Source of the DNA: Antedon mediterranea
Lineage: Eukaryota > Animalia > Echinodermata
NCBI RefSeq assembly: GCF_964355755.1
Contig: NC_092679.1
Span: 14,119,432-14,183,431 of the forward strand
Direction: 5' to 3'
Length of the DNA stretch: 64,000 bases
Shown: positions 10,408 through 23,600 of the stretch, one piece after another
How positions within the stretch are numbered: the first letter of the stretch is position 1
Layout: every line of letters begins with the position of its first letter
The notes under the pieces: generated by a model
Told to the model about the DNA's origin: nothing
The model's database searches: none
The model's input: the letters and a program-made list of their open reading frames with translations, nothing else
Made by a program: the position numbers and the translations under genes

Positions 10408-13400
10408 TCAAGCGCTGCTTAGAAACTTAATGGCCATGTCTTTCTCCTCCAAAAGCTCCTTTGCGGTTATGTCCATTTTTTCCTGGGCAAAGTCACTAAT
10501 GCTCAGGCCGTCTACAACACTCCAGCTTTTGTCAGCTCCAATTTTAACAGGCATACTATACACAATGTCTTTTGGGATACCATACTTTGTTCCATCGGAG
10601 AGAACACCCATCGACACCCATTCATTCTGAGAAAATGCAAAGTTAACAAAGATGTACAAAAATTAGTCAAGCGGTAAATCAACAATATTAATGGTCTTAT
10701 TTTTATACAAATGTACATACAGAATCATTTTTTTTAAATTTATATTTTACACATAATAATGGGCAAATTTTAGTTTTACAATTGCATATAAATATAAAGC
10801 TAAGCTTATGAAATGCTGGTCAGTGGCGTAATGGCTATGAGCGCTCACTGGCTAAAGGGGCCCCAGAGCATGAGCCGTCCAATGCAACTACCCAGCGTCA
10901 GAGGGCCCCTTAAGCTTGGTTCCCACTAGAACGTAACGCAAGGACGTAAACGCAACACAAGCGTTTTAACCAATGACAAGCGAAGTTATAGACAGTTAGC
11001 AATCACAAGCGAATAAGCCGTCGCTTGTGATTGGTCAATTCACTTGCGTTGCGTTACGTCCTTGTGTTGCGTCGCTAGTGGGAACCACGCTTAAGAAGTG
11101 CTAAACCAGGGGCTATTTCCTATTGCGCTATGCAACTGACATTGGCTATCCTGTTTTTGCATTTATGCTTTTATATACAGCTTTGGCTTCCAATACTGTC
11201 CTAATAGTACCAACTATTAAATTTGTATCTTCCATTAACAGAGCTCCAAACAAAATATATATTACTATCTGATTTTTTTTTCAAATAAAATGATCAGAAA
11301 AAAACAAATATTTTATCATTGATAGATTTATATCATATAATATCATTATTCATTACACTTGCACTGATGAAGGGCTAGTGTTGCCCGAAAGCTTCTGGCT
11401 TTATCGTTTAGATTTAGCTTTTCACGTTTTTTTGTATCTCCATTGAGATCCAGCCACTGATACCCACAGCATTTTCATTTTTTCAGTAATTTGACTTTGG
11501 ATTTATATAATATCATTATATAATATATACCTCTTTGGTTCCAAACCACCAATCCCTCATGTGATCACCAATAGCCTTTGCAGCTGACATGGCACTGGAC
11601 AGCTTACGGGCCTTGATCACTGCACTTCCACGTGTTTGTACCGTCTGGAAAAAAAAAATAGAAAGTTACCAATAAATGATTGTATGTATCATTACCCTAT
11701 TCAGTGTTCAAATTTGATTTTAATTGGTGGTAAACAGAATTATGTCCATTCTCTACCATTCACAACTTCACTTAGCCACGTAATGTTTTATAGTTTTACG
11801 CTGTTTATCTAAATAGTCATTGGTGTATTTAAAAAACTGCAGAATTTGTCTTTATATTCTTCAAACTTTCAATAGCTGTTCTACTAAAAAAATTGCATTA
11901 TTTTTAAAAAGTATATTTCGAAGTTGTCTTTAATTGGAGAGAAAATTTTAAGGAAAATTCTCAGTTGGATCCACCAAAACCGTGGTATTTGATCTCTAAG
12001 TAGAGAGAGTATTTAATTGGAGGTAGCAACTATGGGAAAAGATAGGTGATCATCCAAGGTCGTGGTACAGCGGTCTTTAAATGGAGGGAGTCTTAATTGG
12101 AGGGGTCTTTAATTGGAGGGCAAGCCTTCATTTCATGTCATAGCATTAGTATAGGCTTTGTAGGTAAACTAACGCTACTGACCTTGACAAATTCTCCAGT
12201 TAACCAAGCATCATCCTTGACAGCATCATACACTGATGTAACTGACCCATCTGCTCCAACTACATTGCCATGGGCAGCATCTGGGAACTGTGTTGAGGAG
12301 TGGTTGCCCCAGATTATTAGATTACGAACAGATTCACATGGTCTTCCTAGACGTGATGCAACCTATTTTTGCAAAAAGAGGTTATTATCTAGATCCCACT
12401 TTTTCGTCTTTGTTTTCATGATGTGCCACAAGACTACGTAGCCATTTCAGGTTAGCAATCATTCTACATTTTACTCATGTAAGGGGCGTGTGGCACTGTG
12501 TGTTGGACCAAGGAAGGGGTCGATTGGATGCTGGACTAGTGATCGTGAGATCATGAATTCGAATCTAAAGCTAGTCGCATTGCTTGTATCTTTAGGCAAG
12601 AAACTTTACTTACGTTTGCATGTGTGTGTAAATGGGTACCTGGTAAAGGTCAACACAACCGCGCTGATTACTGGCTGCAACATTATAGGAGTATGTTTCC
12701 AGATGTTTTTGATCAAAAAACATTACTGGGGTAATAATGTGAAGCACTTAGAGGCTTTGTGCATTAAGCTCTATATAAGATTGACGTATTATATTATTAT
12801 TTCTGAGAATATATAACACAACATCACTCTTACTTGTGGATGGAAAAAAATGATTACCTGTGCCTGAGCTCTATTTAAATCCAATCTGGTTAGGCATGTG
12901 AAGTTAGCAGCAGGAATAGATGGAGCAGATCGCAATGTCAACACACAGTTGGTATTAGCTGGGTTTCCAACAACCAGTACCTATTACAAAGGGGATAAAA
13001 CATGTTTTAGAGAACAGAATAAACACTGACATAAGACACAGGTTTATGCAAAAATAAAAGAAATTCAAAATCAAATATTTCGATATTTTGTCATGTTTAA
13101 TGATGAGTTGGCATCTTCAACTGATTCTCTGTACTGTAACTATCAAATATGGCATTCTGTATATAATCCTTTACGTTAAGCCATTAATATATGACAAACT
13201 CATTTCATCTGAAAAGCCGAAGAACTTCAGCAAATGCTCTACAACTAGCAACCACTAACATCTAGTAATTGCCAGAGGAAGATTTGTTGACAACAAGTCG
13301 AAACGTTGAACAAGTATGTATTTATTAATGGTTTAACGTAAAGAATTATATACAGATAGTTAATATAAGACCAAATGAAAACTATTTTCGAAAATACAGT

Positions 13401-16400
13401 ATGGTATTCTTTGTCCAGTATCAGACTTATTCTATAATACAGCATCATACTGTATGACTGTATGTGCATAAAATGCGAGTTCTCTAGTAGTATGTCAGGG
13501 CTCGATTTATCTTTTTCATGTTGCTAGCCCACTGGGCTAGTTCACTGTAGATTTCACTAGCCCATACATTATTTTACTAGCCCACTCTTATTATCGCACC
13601 GTGATAGCAGGGCCGCCATATAAATGAATTCAGGCATTTTGTACAATAGAGGGCGCACTAATCTAAACGCTCGAGAATTGCTCCACATTTACATACAAAC
13701 TGTATTAAACTATTATTGCATGAAAAATTACACAAAATTGTATTTCTTTATTGTTCACATCCCGGTTCACATTATAAAAATGAACTTTGCGTTGCGACGC
13801 ATAGTTTATTTCATGCTCAACATATTCACAGAATCAATTTATTTTGGTCTTTTTGTTGTTGGGCTTCAACCTAGCCAAGAAAACTAATTAGATTCTGTCT
13901 ACCTTAGTTTAGGCTAGAGGCCTAGAGCCTATTATTATAGTAGGGTAGCTAGGATAGACCTACCTACTACTACTAGGCCTAGATCGCATTGGAGCACCTG
14001 GCAGGCCTAGGCCTAGGTAGGTAGTATCTAGGCCTAGCTGCTGCTGAGCAGCCATCACGATGCCAAACGATGGCTTTTGATTCTATCTAGGCCTCCTACG
14101 CATATTATAAAATATGGCCTCCATGGCCTATTTCTTACAGGGATAGAGCCAGCCACCCGGCCCTGCGTACAAAATATCCCTAGCTTTGATCTGTGACAAC
14201 CAGGCCTGATGACAAGACTAGACAAGTTATTTTTAACATTGGCAAAATTCTACTACATTTGGCCAATCACAGTTCGTTATTTATGGTCATCTTTTTGTGA
14301 CATGTTTGACCTGATAATGAAGCTCCGCCTACTTCACAATAACCTGGGTGACAAAAACATAAATGGCCAATCATAATTCGGGAAATTTGTTTGATTATGA
14401 GAGGCTCCGCCTACATCATCACTTGTTATGGCCACAGCAGCAGCGCGCGAGTGGTTTTTTTTGCTGATGTTGCCAAGACATGTCTTTTATGCTGGAGTTA
14501 TTTTTATGAGGTCATTTCGTCCCAATTTCGAGTTCCCACAACCTACTAGCCATCCGGGCTTAAAGGAAGATACTTTAGGTAGCCCGGAGCTGTTTTTACT
14601 AGCCATTGTACGCCGGGCTAGCACTAAATCGAGCCCTGTATGTATCATTGAATTATTTTAAGATAGATATGTGACATTGTTTCTAGAATACAGACATCAT
14701 GTGTGACACTGTAACAAAACGATATTGGACAAATTGCAAAGTATTTCAAATGTTAACTTACCTTGACTGTCTTCTTTGCGAAATCATTCAGTGCCTTGCC
14801 TTGGCCTTCAAAGATTTTAGCGTTTGCTTTCAGTAGATCTTTGCGCTCCATACCCTCCTTCCGAGGCATGGCGCCCACCATGATGACGGCATCACAGGCC
14901 TTGAATGCCTCATTAGGATCAGCAGTTGCAACAGTCTCTATTTAAATAATAAAATAAACTTTTTATTGCACTGTCACCTAAAACTTTAAAGAACCTAGTA
15001 CATCTTTATACGAGTAGGGGTTTACCAGCTCACACAGTCACTGTTGTGGACAAACTCAATGGTGGCAGCTGTTGACATGACCCTTAGGGAAGAAAAATTT
15101 TGTTGAAACTTCTACGTCCACAGATGTGGATATAGCTCTATATAAATTATCATTATCATCATCAATTCTCTAGTTACATCAATTTAGTGTCATGAAGAGT
15201 AACGCCCGTATTCTTAAACCGGACTTTAGTCGTAGTTCGAGCTAAAACTAAAAAAATGACGTCATTTTAATTCATAAACCAAACTTCAACTAAATCGCTG
15301 ACTTAATCAGGCCAACCTCGACTAAATCTTGACGGATTTTGATCGATTTTTTTAGTCCTGGAGGGGGCAGGCTAAATGGTCAACTAAATGGTTTTTAAAC
15401 GATGTTTATAAAAAACGTAACAGTCATTGAGTTGTTATATTGGCCAGATATTGAAGGATGAAATATCTATATTTATATTAGCTTAATTAAATATACATTG
15501 GTATAAGTTATAATAATGAAAATCATCTTTATTTACAACTGTATACAAATTACATTATTTTCTTCGCGCAAGTCCGACTTGAACCGACGTCACGCCATAG
15601 CAACAATGGGAGATGCGGCAATTCACTACGCGATGGAATGTTTAGGGGGCCTAGCGCTTTCTTGTCACGCTATGAAGTGCGTGGTTCGTCGCGATCATAC
15701 TTTGTTGGAGGCCTAGGAAATATGAAAGTTACCGTACCTCCATGGTTTCTAAATATATTTTGATTTTGTTTGTTGTTAATCAAAAGTACTTCACTGTTAA
15801 ATTAATACTGATCTTGTTCTAATAATTAACGAATAAAATTATTTTTCATGTATATAGTCCTGATGCGTAAAAGGTTTTGTAAGAAAATGGAAAGTGATAT
15901 CAATGCGCAAAATTTTGTCTGCTCCTCAAATACTCTCTTGTCATTGGTTAATGTTTAGCCTTTGTTACCCAGACGTGTGGAACTCGACTAAAAGCTCGAC
16001 TTCATTAAGTCGAACTGCAAACTTCGACTACTTCGTTTTTTAATCGAATTTGAAGTAATAGCTCGAACTACGACTTTTTCAAGTCGAACTTCGAACTACG
16101 ACTAAAGTCCGGTTTAAGAATACGGGCGTAAGTCTAATCATATACAGCACTTTTTATATCGCCAAACACTGGAGTTTTGCTTGGTGATGTGAAATTGGTC
16201 CATAAGTTTACAATAATGTAGAAATAATCATACTCTTAACAAGTGGAAGGGCACAGTCCTGTAATTCCATCACAACTCCATCTAATACAGACATCATTGG
16301 AGGTATATCAAGGAGAACCAGCTCAACTTCCTAAACAGAAATATAAACAAATATACATAAGTTTTAGTGATGAAAAAGTTGTATCATATTCAGAGATGAG

Positions 16401-17345
16401 CACATGAGTTCCAACTTGAAATATCAGACTTTATAAATAAAGCATATAAATGCACTATAATTCCTTTTAAATATATCCAAACACAGCATCTATTGTAAAC
16501 AATGGTATACCATGGTCTTTCAAAGCAAGGTAAATACTCATGTGCTTTGGCAAAATGTGTGATGTTTTGCCTTAATAAAAAAGGTGGGCCTAGTATTATA
16601 ATAGAGCCTAAATTATAATGTATGCACTATTTTGATGTTTCTTTATATCCACAACAATCAGGAGAAACGTGCACACATTTAGAGGGAGATGGTGGATCAC
16701 TCGAAATAACTCTGTAACAATGCAATGGCACAAAATCATACAGCATAATTTAAATGAAATTATAAATGAAAATATTTGAGTATAATTTATAAATTTATCT
16801 TTACCTGATTAATACCAAACACATCTCCTTTGGCAATAGAATACAAGAGAGAGTAGGCAATCTGCCCTGCAGCACCAGTTACGACGACACGAAGGGCCTG
16901 AAATAAATATTTAAAAACATTATTATTATTAATATTATTATTATTATTTTATTATCATCATACTTGAAAGATCTGCTGGTTGGTTGCAAGAATTGTGGAT
17001 GACAAGAAACTGTGTAGGTTTATATAACTTCAGTTCAGGGCCTGTCTGTGTAATTCAATTGTGAAGTTATTTTTGTTCATGTCATATGAATGATAACTAT
17101 AAAAAGTCCATAAAGGCCTAGCCATATTTCTTTTTATTCAGCAGTGCCTAGCCATTGCTGTGAATGAATACAACTACTAGTGACAGCTACATCCATACAC
17201 ATTGAATTCGCACCACCACCACCGCCGCCGGTGGTGGTAAAGTTTATAAATGTAATCAGTTCATAAACATTACTATACTTTCGATTTATATTATATATAT
17301 AATCTCTGCAAATTCAAGATTTTATACATTTATCAATCTTACCAT
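10408..17345 (-). CDS. MDH1: Cytosolic malate dehydrogenase (334 aa)
   Basis: Exons 17343-17345 (ATG only), 16805-16897, 16234-16330, 14762-14937, 12858-12980, 12183-12362, 11531-11644 and 10408-10626, all GT-AG and in frame. Motifs [54 protein letters not shown]; C-terminus FLSSA. Confidence 0.98.
10913..11091. mobile_element. Palindromic PIF/Harbinger-type MITE nested in an older degenerate MITE (~10821-11138)
   Basis: TIR AGCTTGGTTCCCACTAG / CTAGTGGGAACCACGCT with TWA flanks; relatives at 26874-26988 and about 45120-45189. Confidence 0.75.
11350..11504 (+). mobile_element. Penelope-like element remnant with minimal hammerhead ribozyme core
   Basis: CTGATGA-A-GGGC-tagtgtt-GCCC-GAAA-GCTTC at 11364-11395; 15-bp direct repeat ATATAATATCATTAT at 11335-11349 and 11505-11519; related inverted fragment at about 55382-55430. 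Confidence 0.65.
12484..12801 (+). mobile_element. tRNA-derived SINE
   Basis: A/B box-like head (TGGCAC..., ATTCGAATC), conserved core GGCAAG..CTTTAC..GTAAATGGGTACC and (TAT)n tail; relatives at 44851 and 55643. Confidence 0.75.
13496..14638. mobile_element. Non-autonomous hAT-like DNA transposon with 5-bp TSD
   Basis: TIR CAGGGCTCGATTTA / TAAATCGAGCCCTG, subterminal CTAGCCC repeats, TATGT on both flanks. Confidence 0.8.
15203..16128. mobile_element. Non-autonomous PIF/Harbinger element
   Basis: ~38-bp perfect TIR CGCCCGTATTCTTAAACCGGACTTTAGTCGTAGTTCGA; TAA TSD (15200-15202, 16129-16131). Confidence 0.85.
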
Positions 17346-17639
17346 TTTATTGAGAAAATTTGACCTAAATCACAACTTATAACTGAACTATGTATGTAAA
17401 GCTGACTCGCACCGGTCAAACAAAAATTCAAGAGGTCTTTTTTCCAGTAATCACGCCACCAACCGGTTTTAACACTAACAGCCACGTGATAACGTTCCAG
17501 ATCAATGATTCCCAGGGGCCAGGTCAGTGTGTCGTTCTTTTTCGGTACGTACACACACGACACATGCTTCTTCGCCCCTATCTATGAGAAAGAACTGTAG
17601 GGCCTAGCCGTGGGCCTAAAGTTTATTTGACAGTCAATT
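17346..17639. promoter_or_regulatory. Bidirectional promoter region MDH1/COX20
   Basis: Divergent ATGs 294 bp apart, raised CpG content, SRE-like ATCACGCCAC (17450-17459) and E-box CACGTG (17483-17488). Confidence 0.6.
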
Positions 17640-20600
17640 ATGGTTAACAGTAACCAAGAAGTAAGTTTAGGGCACATATGATTAACGACTAGCCCTATAG
17701 TTAGGCCTACTTACTAGGCTAGTCAGTAAGTAGAATAGTTATTTATAACGCCGTGGTTAGGATTCCGGCACCAGAACTCAACTGCCTAGCGTTAGGGAAT
17801 CCGACACGCTATTGCGCATGCCCAGAGCGAAGTAATTATAGCTTTGCACTTACCGCGCACCACCACACCACCGAGAGTCGGAGAGTGTTAGGGATTTACT
17901 GTAGCCTATTGCCTATATGTGACCTGCTCTGGCAAAGTGAAACATAAGTCGAAAATTTAAATTTTTCAGATTTGTATTCTATCTGGTAGGAAATGTTATA
18001 TCCTTTACAATGATACCAAACTTAATATTTAACATGAAGGGGATCCCGAGATATTGTACGTTAAGTCGAAGCATGTATAAAGAAATATACAAATAACAGT
18101 TTTGAGAAAATCATGATTGAATGTCAATGTTATTTTATAAAACAACAACACAAATTAATATTTGTTAATCTAATAGTGTATACTTTCTAAGTATCACACA
18201 ATCACAAAATATGATACAATGAAATGTTTTTTGGTAGGATATTGATTACTGTGACAATGCATACAAAAACATATTTCCACATTCTATGTTAAGTACATAC
18301 TTGTGTTTCTTTTAAGCACTTGCTCAAAATGGTAAAAAAGGGGGTAAATTAATGTTTTTACACTAAAAAAACTGTATTATTCTTTAGGAATTAATTGAAT
18401 GTATACAATAAATTAAGTTATATAACATTAAATACCATTTCTTGAACTACTGGATTTAAGTACGTTCTTAAAAGTTACTTAAATAATTTAAATTTTAGTT
18501 GTGTAGTGCCTGCTGATTAGATAACAAATACAACTTAAATAACATTATGCGATTGCTTTAATCAATTAAATAATGGATATGTTTTAAGCACATACTAATG
18601 TATTAAGTTTGTTTTAAGCATTTACTTACAATTGTGTAATGTTCATGAAATTATGTTGGTGTAAGGGCATAATCATAGCCTACAATAACATGAATTAATA
18701 CAATACTTATTATGTAAAAACAATAAATATGGTAGGCCTATGTGATATGTAGGCAAATAAAAGTGCCACTTAGGCCTAGCCTACCTATCCTAGCTAGGCC
18801 TATTATTTGCCCTGCAACCTACCTAGGCCTAGCTAGTCTAGTCTAGACCTGCTAGGCCTACCCTAGGGCCTAGCTAGGCTAGGACAAGTAGGCCTAGAAG
18901 GACCCAGCCTGGAGTCCAAAAGGCTACTTAGTAGGCCTAGGCTAGTCACTACACTGGCTGTAATAATTTAATATCATAGGTCCTTTGCTACTCTCATTGT
19001 GTTTTTATTTTTTAGTCATTGTATTTGGCCTAGACCTAGGCCCTAGACTAGATCCATCGATTATCTTAAATCTGAATTGTTTACACTCTCTTCTCCGCGT
19101 AAAAAGTAAACAGGTCAAAGGTCATTATAAGGATAAGCCAATTACAGTACTGTATTTCTACTACGCGCTAGCCATTACGTGGCGTATCCTTGACAACGGA
19201 TTTCTGTTGTGTAAAAATCACGTCAGAGAAGCTTTTTACCTCCTCTAATTCCCGCTGAAGAGCCAAAAATATTGAAAACCACTTGAAATACCCACTGAAT
19301 ATGGCTTATGAATATTTAAATTTTCAGACTCTACCATGTTTCTAAAGGTAGCTATACAAATATTTTCATAAACTGCACAGTTTTCTAACAGTGTTTCATG
19401 CACTTTATTTCATTTTTTTGCAACAAAATGAAATCAAGACAAAAAAGGTACTCATTAAAATCACTTATTTAGCCCTTTTATAAACTTAATTCACACAAAA
19501 TGAAACTTGATCTTGATTCTTAAATAGTTGTAGATTCCAAAAAGGGGAAAACCCTATTTTCACCAAGATAGTGATTTTTAACGTACATAGTACTTCTATA
19601 GGTCAATACACTGAATAAAGATCAGCGAGTTATGTTTCACTATGCCAGAGCAGGTCACATATAGTTAGTCGTTGCGCGAGCGAGAGAGCGATGGATGAAA
19701 CTTGTAGACCAGTCGTATTTGAGGTGTAGGTGTCACTTTTTGCAGAATTTACTTCATGTACTTTTTCTGGGGTAATTTTGGCTGTAGAATACGAATATGA
19801 ATGTTGATCGCGACGGGGAGGGGGCGTTTTTGAGATATGAAGGGTCAAAGGTCAAATTAGGTCAAATAAGTCATTTTATGAAGAGGAAATCGTTTAGATA
19901 TGTTAAATGCAACAGAAATGTGTTGTCTAGTTGATATAGTCCAAATAAACATCATATCCAAAATTTATCGAAATCGGACACCGGAAAGTGGGTTAATTGG
20001 CATAAATTCAAAATGGCCGCCATTTACCATTTGAAGTTCCCATATCTCCTCAACGGTTGGTTTTAGACCACCTAAGTGCATTACGAGTAAATATAAATGT
20101 GACATTAAACTTTCAAACTAGCATATTTAAATTACCATATGACGTAACTATGACGTCATAAGGTAGTTGTGACGTCATATATTATGTTATAACTGCTTAA
20201 ATGACATTATCCTATGCTAAAAAAAATGTAGAAACCGCAGGAAAACAATTTTCTAACATTTTCCTGTTGAAATGAACATGATACGGTCAGACATCAAAAA
20301 GGTTAATTAGCATAAATTCAGAATAGCCGCTATATAAATGTGGTATTAAACTTTCCAATTAATATTTAAATTACCATATAACGTACCTATGACGTCATAA
20401 GTTAGTAAAGTATGATGTCAAAAGAATGCGCAATTGGCATATTCTAAGAAAAAATATGTTTTAAATCTCATGAAAATAGTAAAACATCCAGGTTAAGATC
20501 ATCAACTGTGTATCCGCATGGGCTCTATCCATCCATATCTGGGAACACAGGTACTTTTTGTCGAGTCGGGGAATACTGTAAAAATCGTTGGCGTTCACTT

Positions 20601-23600
20601 CGTAGCCTCAGCGCCTAGAAAACCGCGACGTTCCATTGACCGCGAGTACGTCGGAGGGCTATTATGCATTCATTATTGCCAGCTATGCAACTATTAAACA
20701 ATAGGTACGCACTTGTCTGGCGGTATCCCTTTGTACGAATCGTTCAACGTTGTGTCCAAACGCGTGATATCATATTCCATCCAGGGACCAAAATGTGTCG
20801 TAGTATTACTTTCCAGGCGAAGTTTACTGACGGTTACGTTATGTACTGTGTATCGACGTATGCTACAGCAAAAACGAATTATGTTAATCTGATACGTTTG
20901 TAATGAGTTTAATGTCGTTTATTTCCACCCTTACCTAAAAGCCATCCTAAATCTGGAGGGGCGAAGCAAATTTGGTTAAATGACACCTCTAGATGGCCGG
21001 AAATGGTATACTCTCGCACATAACATTCATGATAAATAGCACCTCTAATTAGTCGGAAAAGACACTCTCATGCAGCATGCTACCAATGAGCAAAACGATC
21101 GTATTCGTACCTTTTTTGATCATTCACTTGCGTTCAAGTTCAATGTGAACGTACGTACGTCTAGGGGAATCCCCAAAAAAAGCACTTTGTGTGAGAAGGC
21201 AAATTCAATGCTTATTATAGCTCTACCTATATTTATTTACAGCAATTTGAAGAAATTAAATATTAATCAATCTTCTAATAGTAACCCACACTCTAATAAT
21301 AGTAACCCTCCTTTTAATAGTAATAGTGTAACCCAGTCAATAGTCAATCTATAATAATAACAACCCACTACTCTGATAGTAATAAGGAGATAATGCATGT
21401 TGATCTCGGGTGTGGGGAAGGATTGAGTGTTTTTGAGTTTATAAGTTAGTTAGATAGTTAGTTCTGTTCAAACAAATGTGTTTATCCGTACTGTTTTATT
21501 ATTTTGCTATGAGCTGCTGACCGGAATAGTTGGGGTGGGTTACTATTTTCAAGTAATAGTAACCCACTACTCTAATAGTAATCCCCTTCTAGTAGTAACC
21601 CACCCTAAAAAACAATCAAAGAATAATATAATAACCCAGGGTTACAATTAGAAGATTTACGGTATACTTTATGCATGCTGACTGCCGTGATCTAAACAAT
21701 ATAGGTACGTACGCTATTGTCTGGCGGTGTCCTTTGTACGAATCGTTCGTGCCCCAGCTCACTTTATGAGTACGATACACGCATCAATATCATGTTACAT
21801 CCAGGGATTTCAGGTGAAAATCGGCAATTCATTTGCAACTCGTAAATTTACAGACACGTATCGCTCGACATACGCTCATACAGTGAAGAAGGTATCGAGT
21901 TATTCACGAACGAATTTTTCAAATTAACCTTTTGTACTGTGTGTGTGGGGCACGTATTTGGAGGATTTTCAGAGATGAGGGTGAGGTATTGGGCATGTCG
22001 GGAATGGGGGTTCGCCCGAACCATAAAAACCCCTCTGGCTACGCGCCTGTACATATACATAGAAAATGCAATAGTTCATCATCAAAATACAGTATTACTA
22101 TTATGGAATCAAACCACCATACACGCAAATTCCACATTTATCAGTTGGTCTTTGACATTTTAAACCATAATTATTATATGATGCTGGCTGTTTATTTTGT
22201 AGAATACATTTGGTATGATATAGCCATGTTTATTGGAATTATGTTGGTTCAGGGACAGAGAAACATTGTTTTATGTGATTTTCTACAGCTAGTTCTTTAG
22301 GGCAACCTTATTTTCTTTTATTGTTTAAAACATGATCTCAGTCAGAGAGGAAATATGTTCATGCTAGATGCAGCTTTCGTAATAAATAATACATTCAATA
22401 TCGTTGTAGTATTTTCACAATGTTTCCACCTGAACAATGATGTCACCTGTGAGAAATCGTTGGTTGATAGGGTTGCTGAATGTATTGTTATAATCAGCTG
22501 AATATACGGGTAGTAGTACACAGCATTTATTAGATTTATGTATACAAAAATAAATGTTTTAGCTGTAAGACTACACACACGACACCATAATACATCTACA
22601 CCTACGCTATTATTATGCCAGCTAGTTATGTACTACACCAGTACTAGGCCTAGTAGTATAGTAGTAGCCTACTCTAGAAGCCTGTCAGTAATAATAATAT
22701 AAGTTCTAGGCCCTTACACCACCTAAAAATCGGGGGAAAAAATTTAAAAACAGTAGTACACATGTTTATGTAAAGCTAGCGCTGCATGCAAAATAAGCTA
22801 GAGAAAGATGTTTCATGCATACGGTCACAATACGCTAGGCTAGTAAAAGCCTACCCACTATTCACTTGAGCGAACTTTATATGCGGTCATCGCGGTTTAA
22901 ACGTCCTTTGTTTACATACGTCGTACGCTGGAAGCATTCATATTCGGGCCTAGACAATATCATTTTTGATCACTGAAAACGCGAAAATGAAAAGTTCTAA
23001 CTAACTTTATACTACACAGTGTATTACTAAAACAATTTCAGCATATAAAACCGATCAGATTTATAAATTATTTTCACATTTACGTGAATAAAATTAACAG
23101 CAACGAAGTCTTTTTTAATCCAATTTACTCATAATTATGTAGAAAGTGCGCCCTCTATTGTCTAAATTTGTTTTATTTTGATTAATTTCGGCTCTCAAAA
23201 ATCAAGATTTTAAACGTTTATATCTTTAAAAAGCCCCCACGTTAGTCCGATCAACAACCAGATTCGTAATCTACGTCAAAAAATGCACTAGAAAAAGTTG
23301 GTTTGGAAAATTCTGCAGAAAAGTGACACCTGCCTCCAGATCCGACTGGTCTATTGGCCTAGCCTAGGCCATATGAATTAATAATTAAAATACCACTACG
23401 CCACGCGTTGAAATAATTATTATGATATTGATAAGAATCAGCCTATCTATCTATCTAAGAATCGTAATGCTGTAATTTTATTAGACAGAGTGAATAGCGT
23501 AGCGACCCCGACTTCCCGAACGGTTCTGTTTTTTTCACATCATATCTGCGCGGCGGCTGCCGTCAACAAATCAACTTGTATACGCATGTTATTACAGTAT

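Noticed and set aside
10408-10410. MDH1 UGA as a selenocysteine codon
   Set aside because: I saw no SECIS-like structure downstream, and PTS1-generating readthrough explains the context better.
13099-13126. TGATGA...CTGA as a C/D snoRNA
   Set aside because: Too short and antisense to the MDH1 host.
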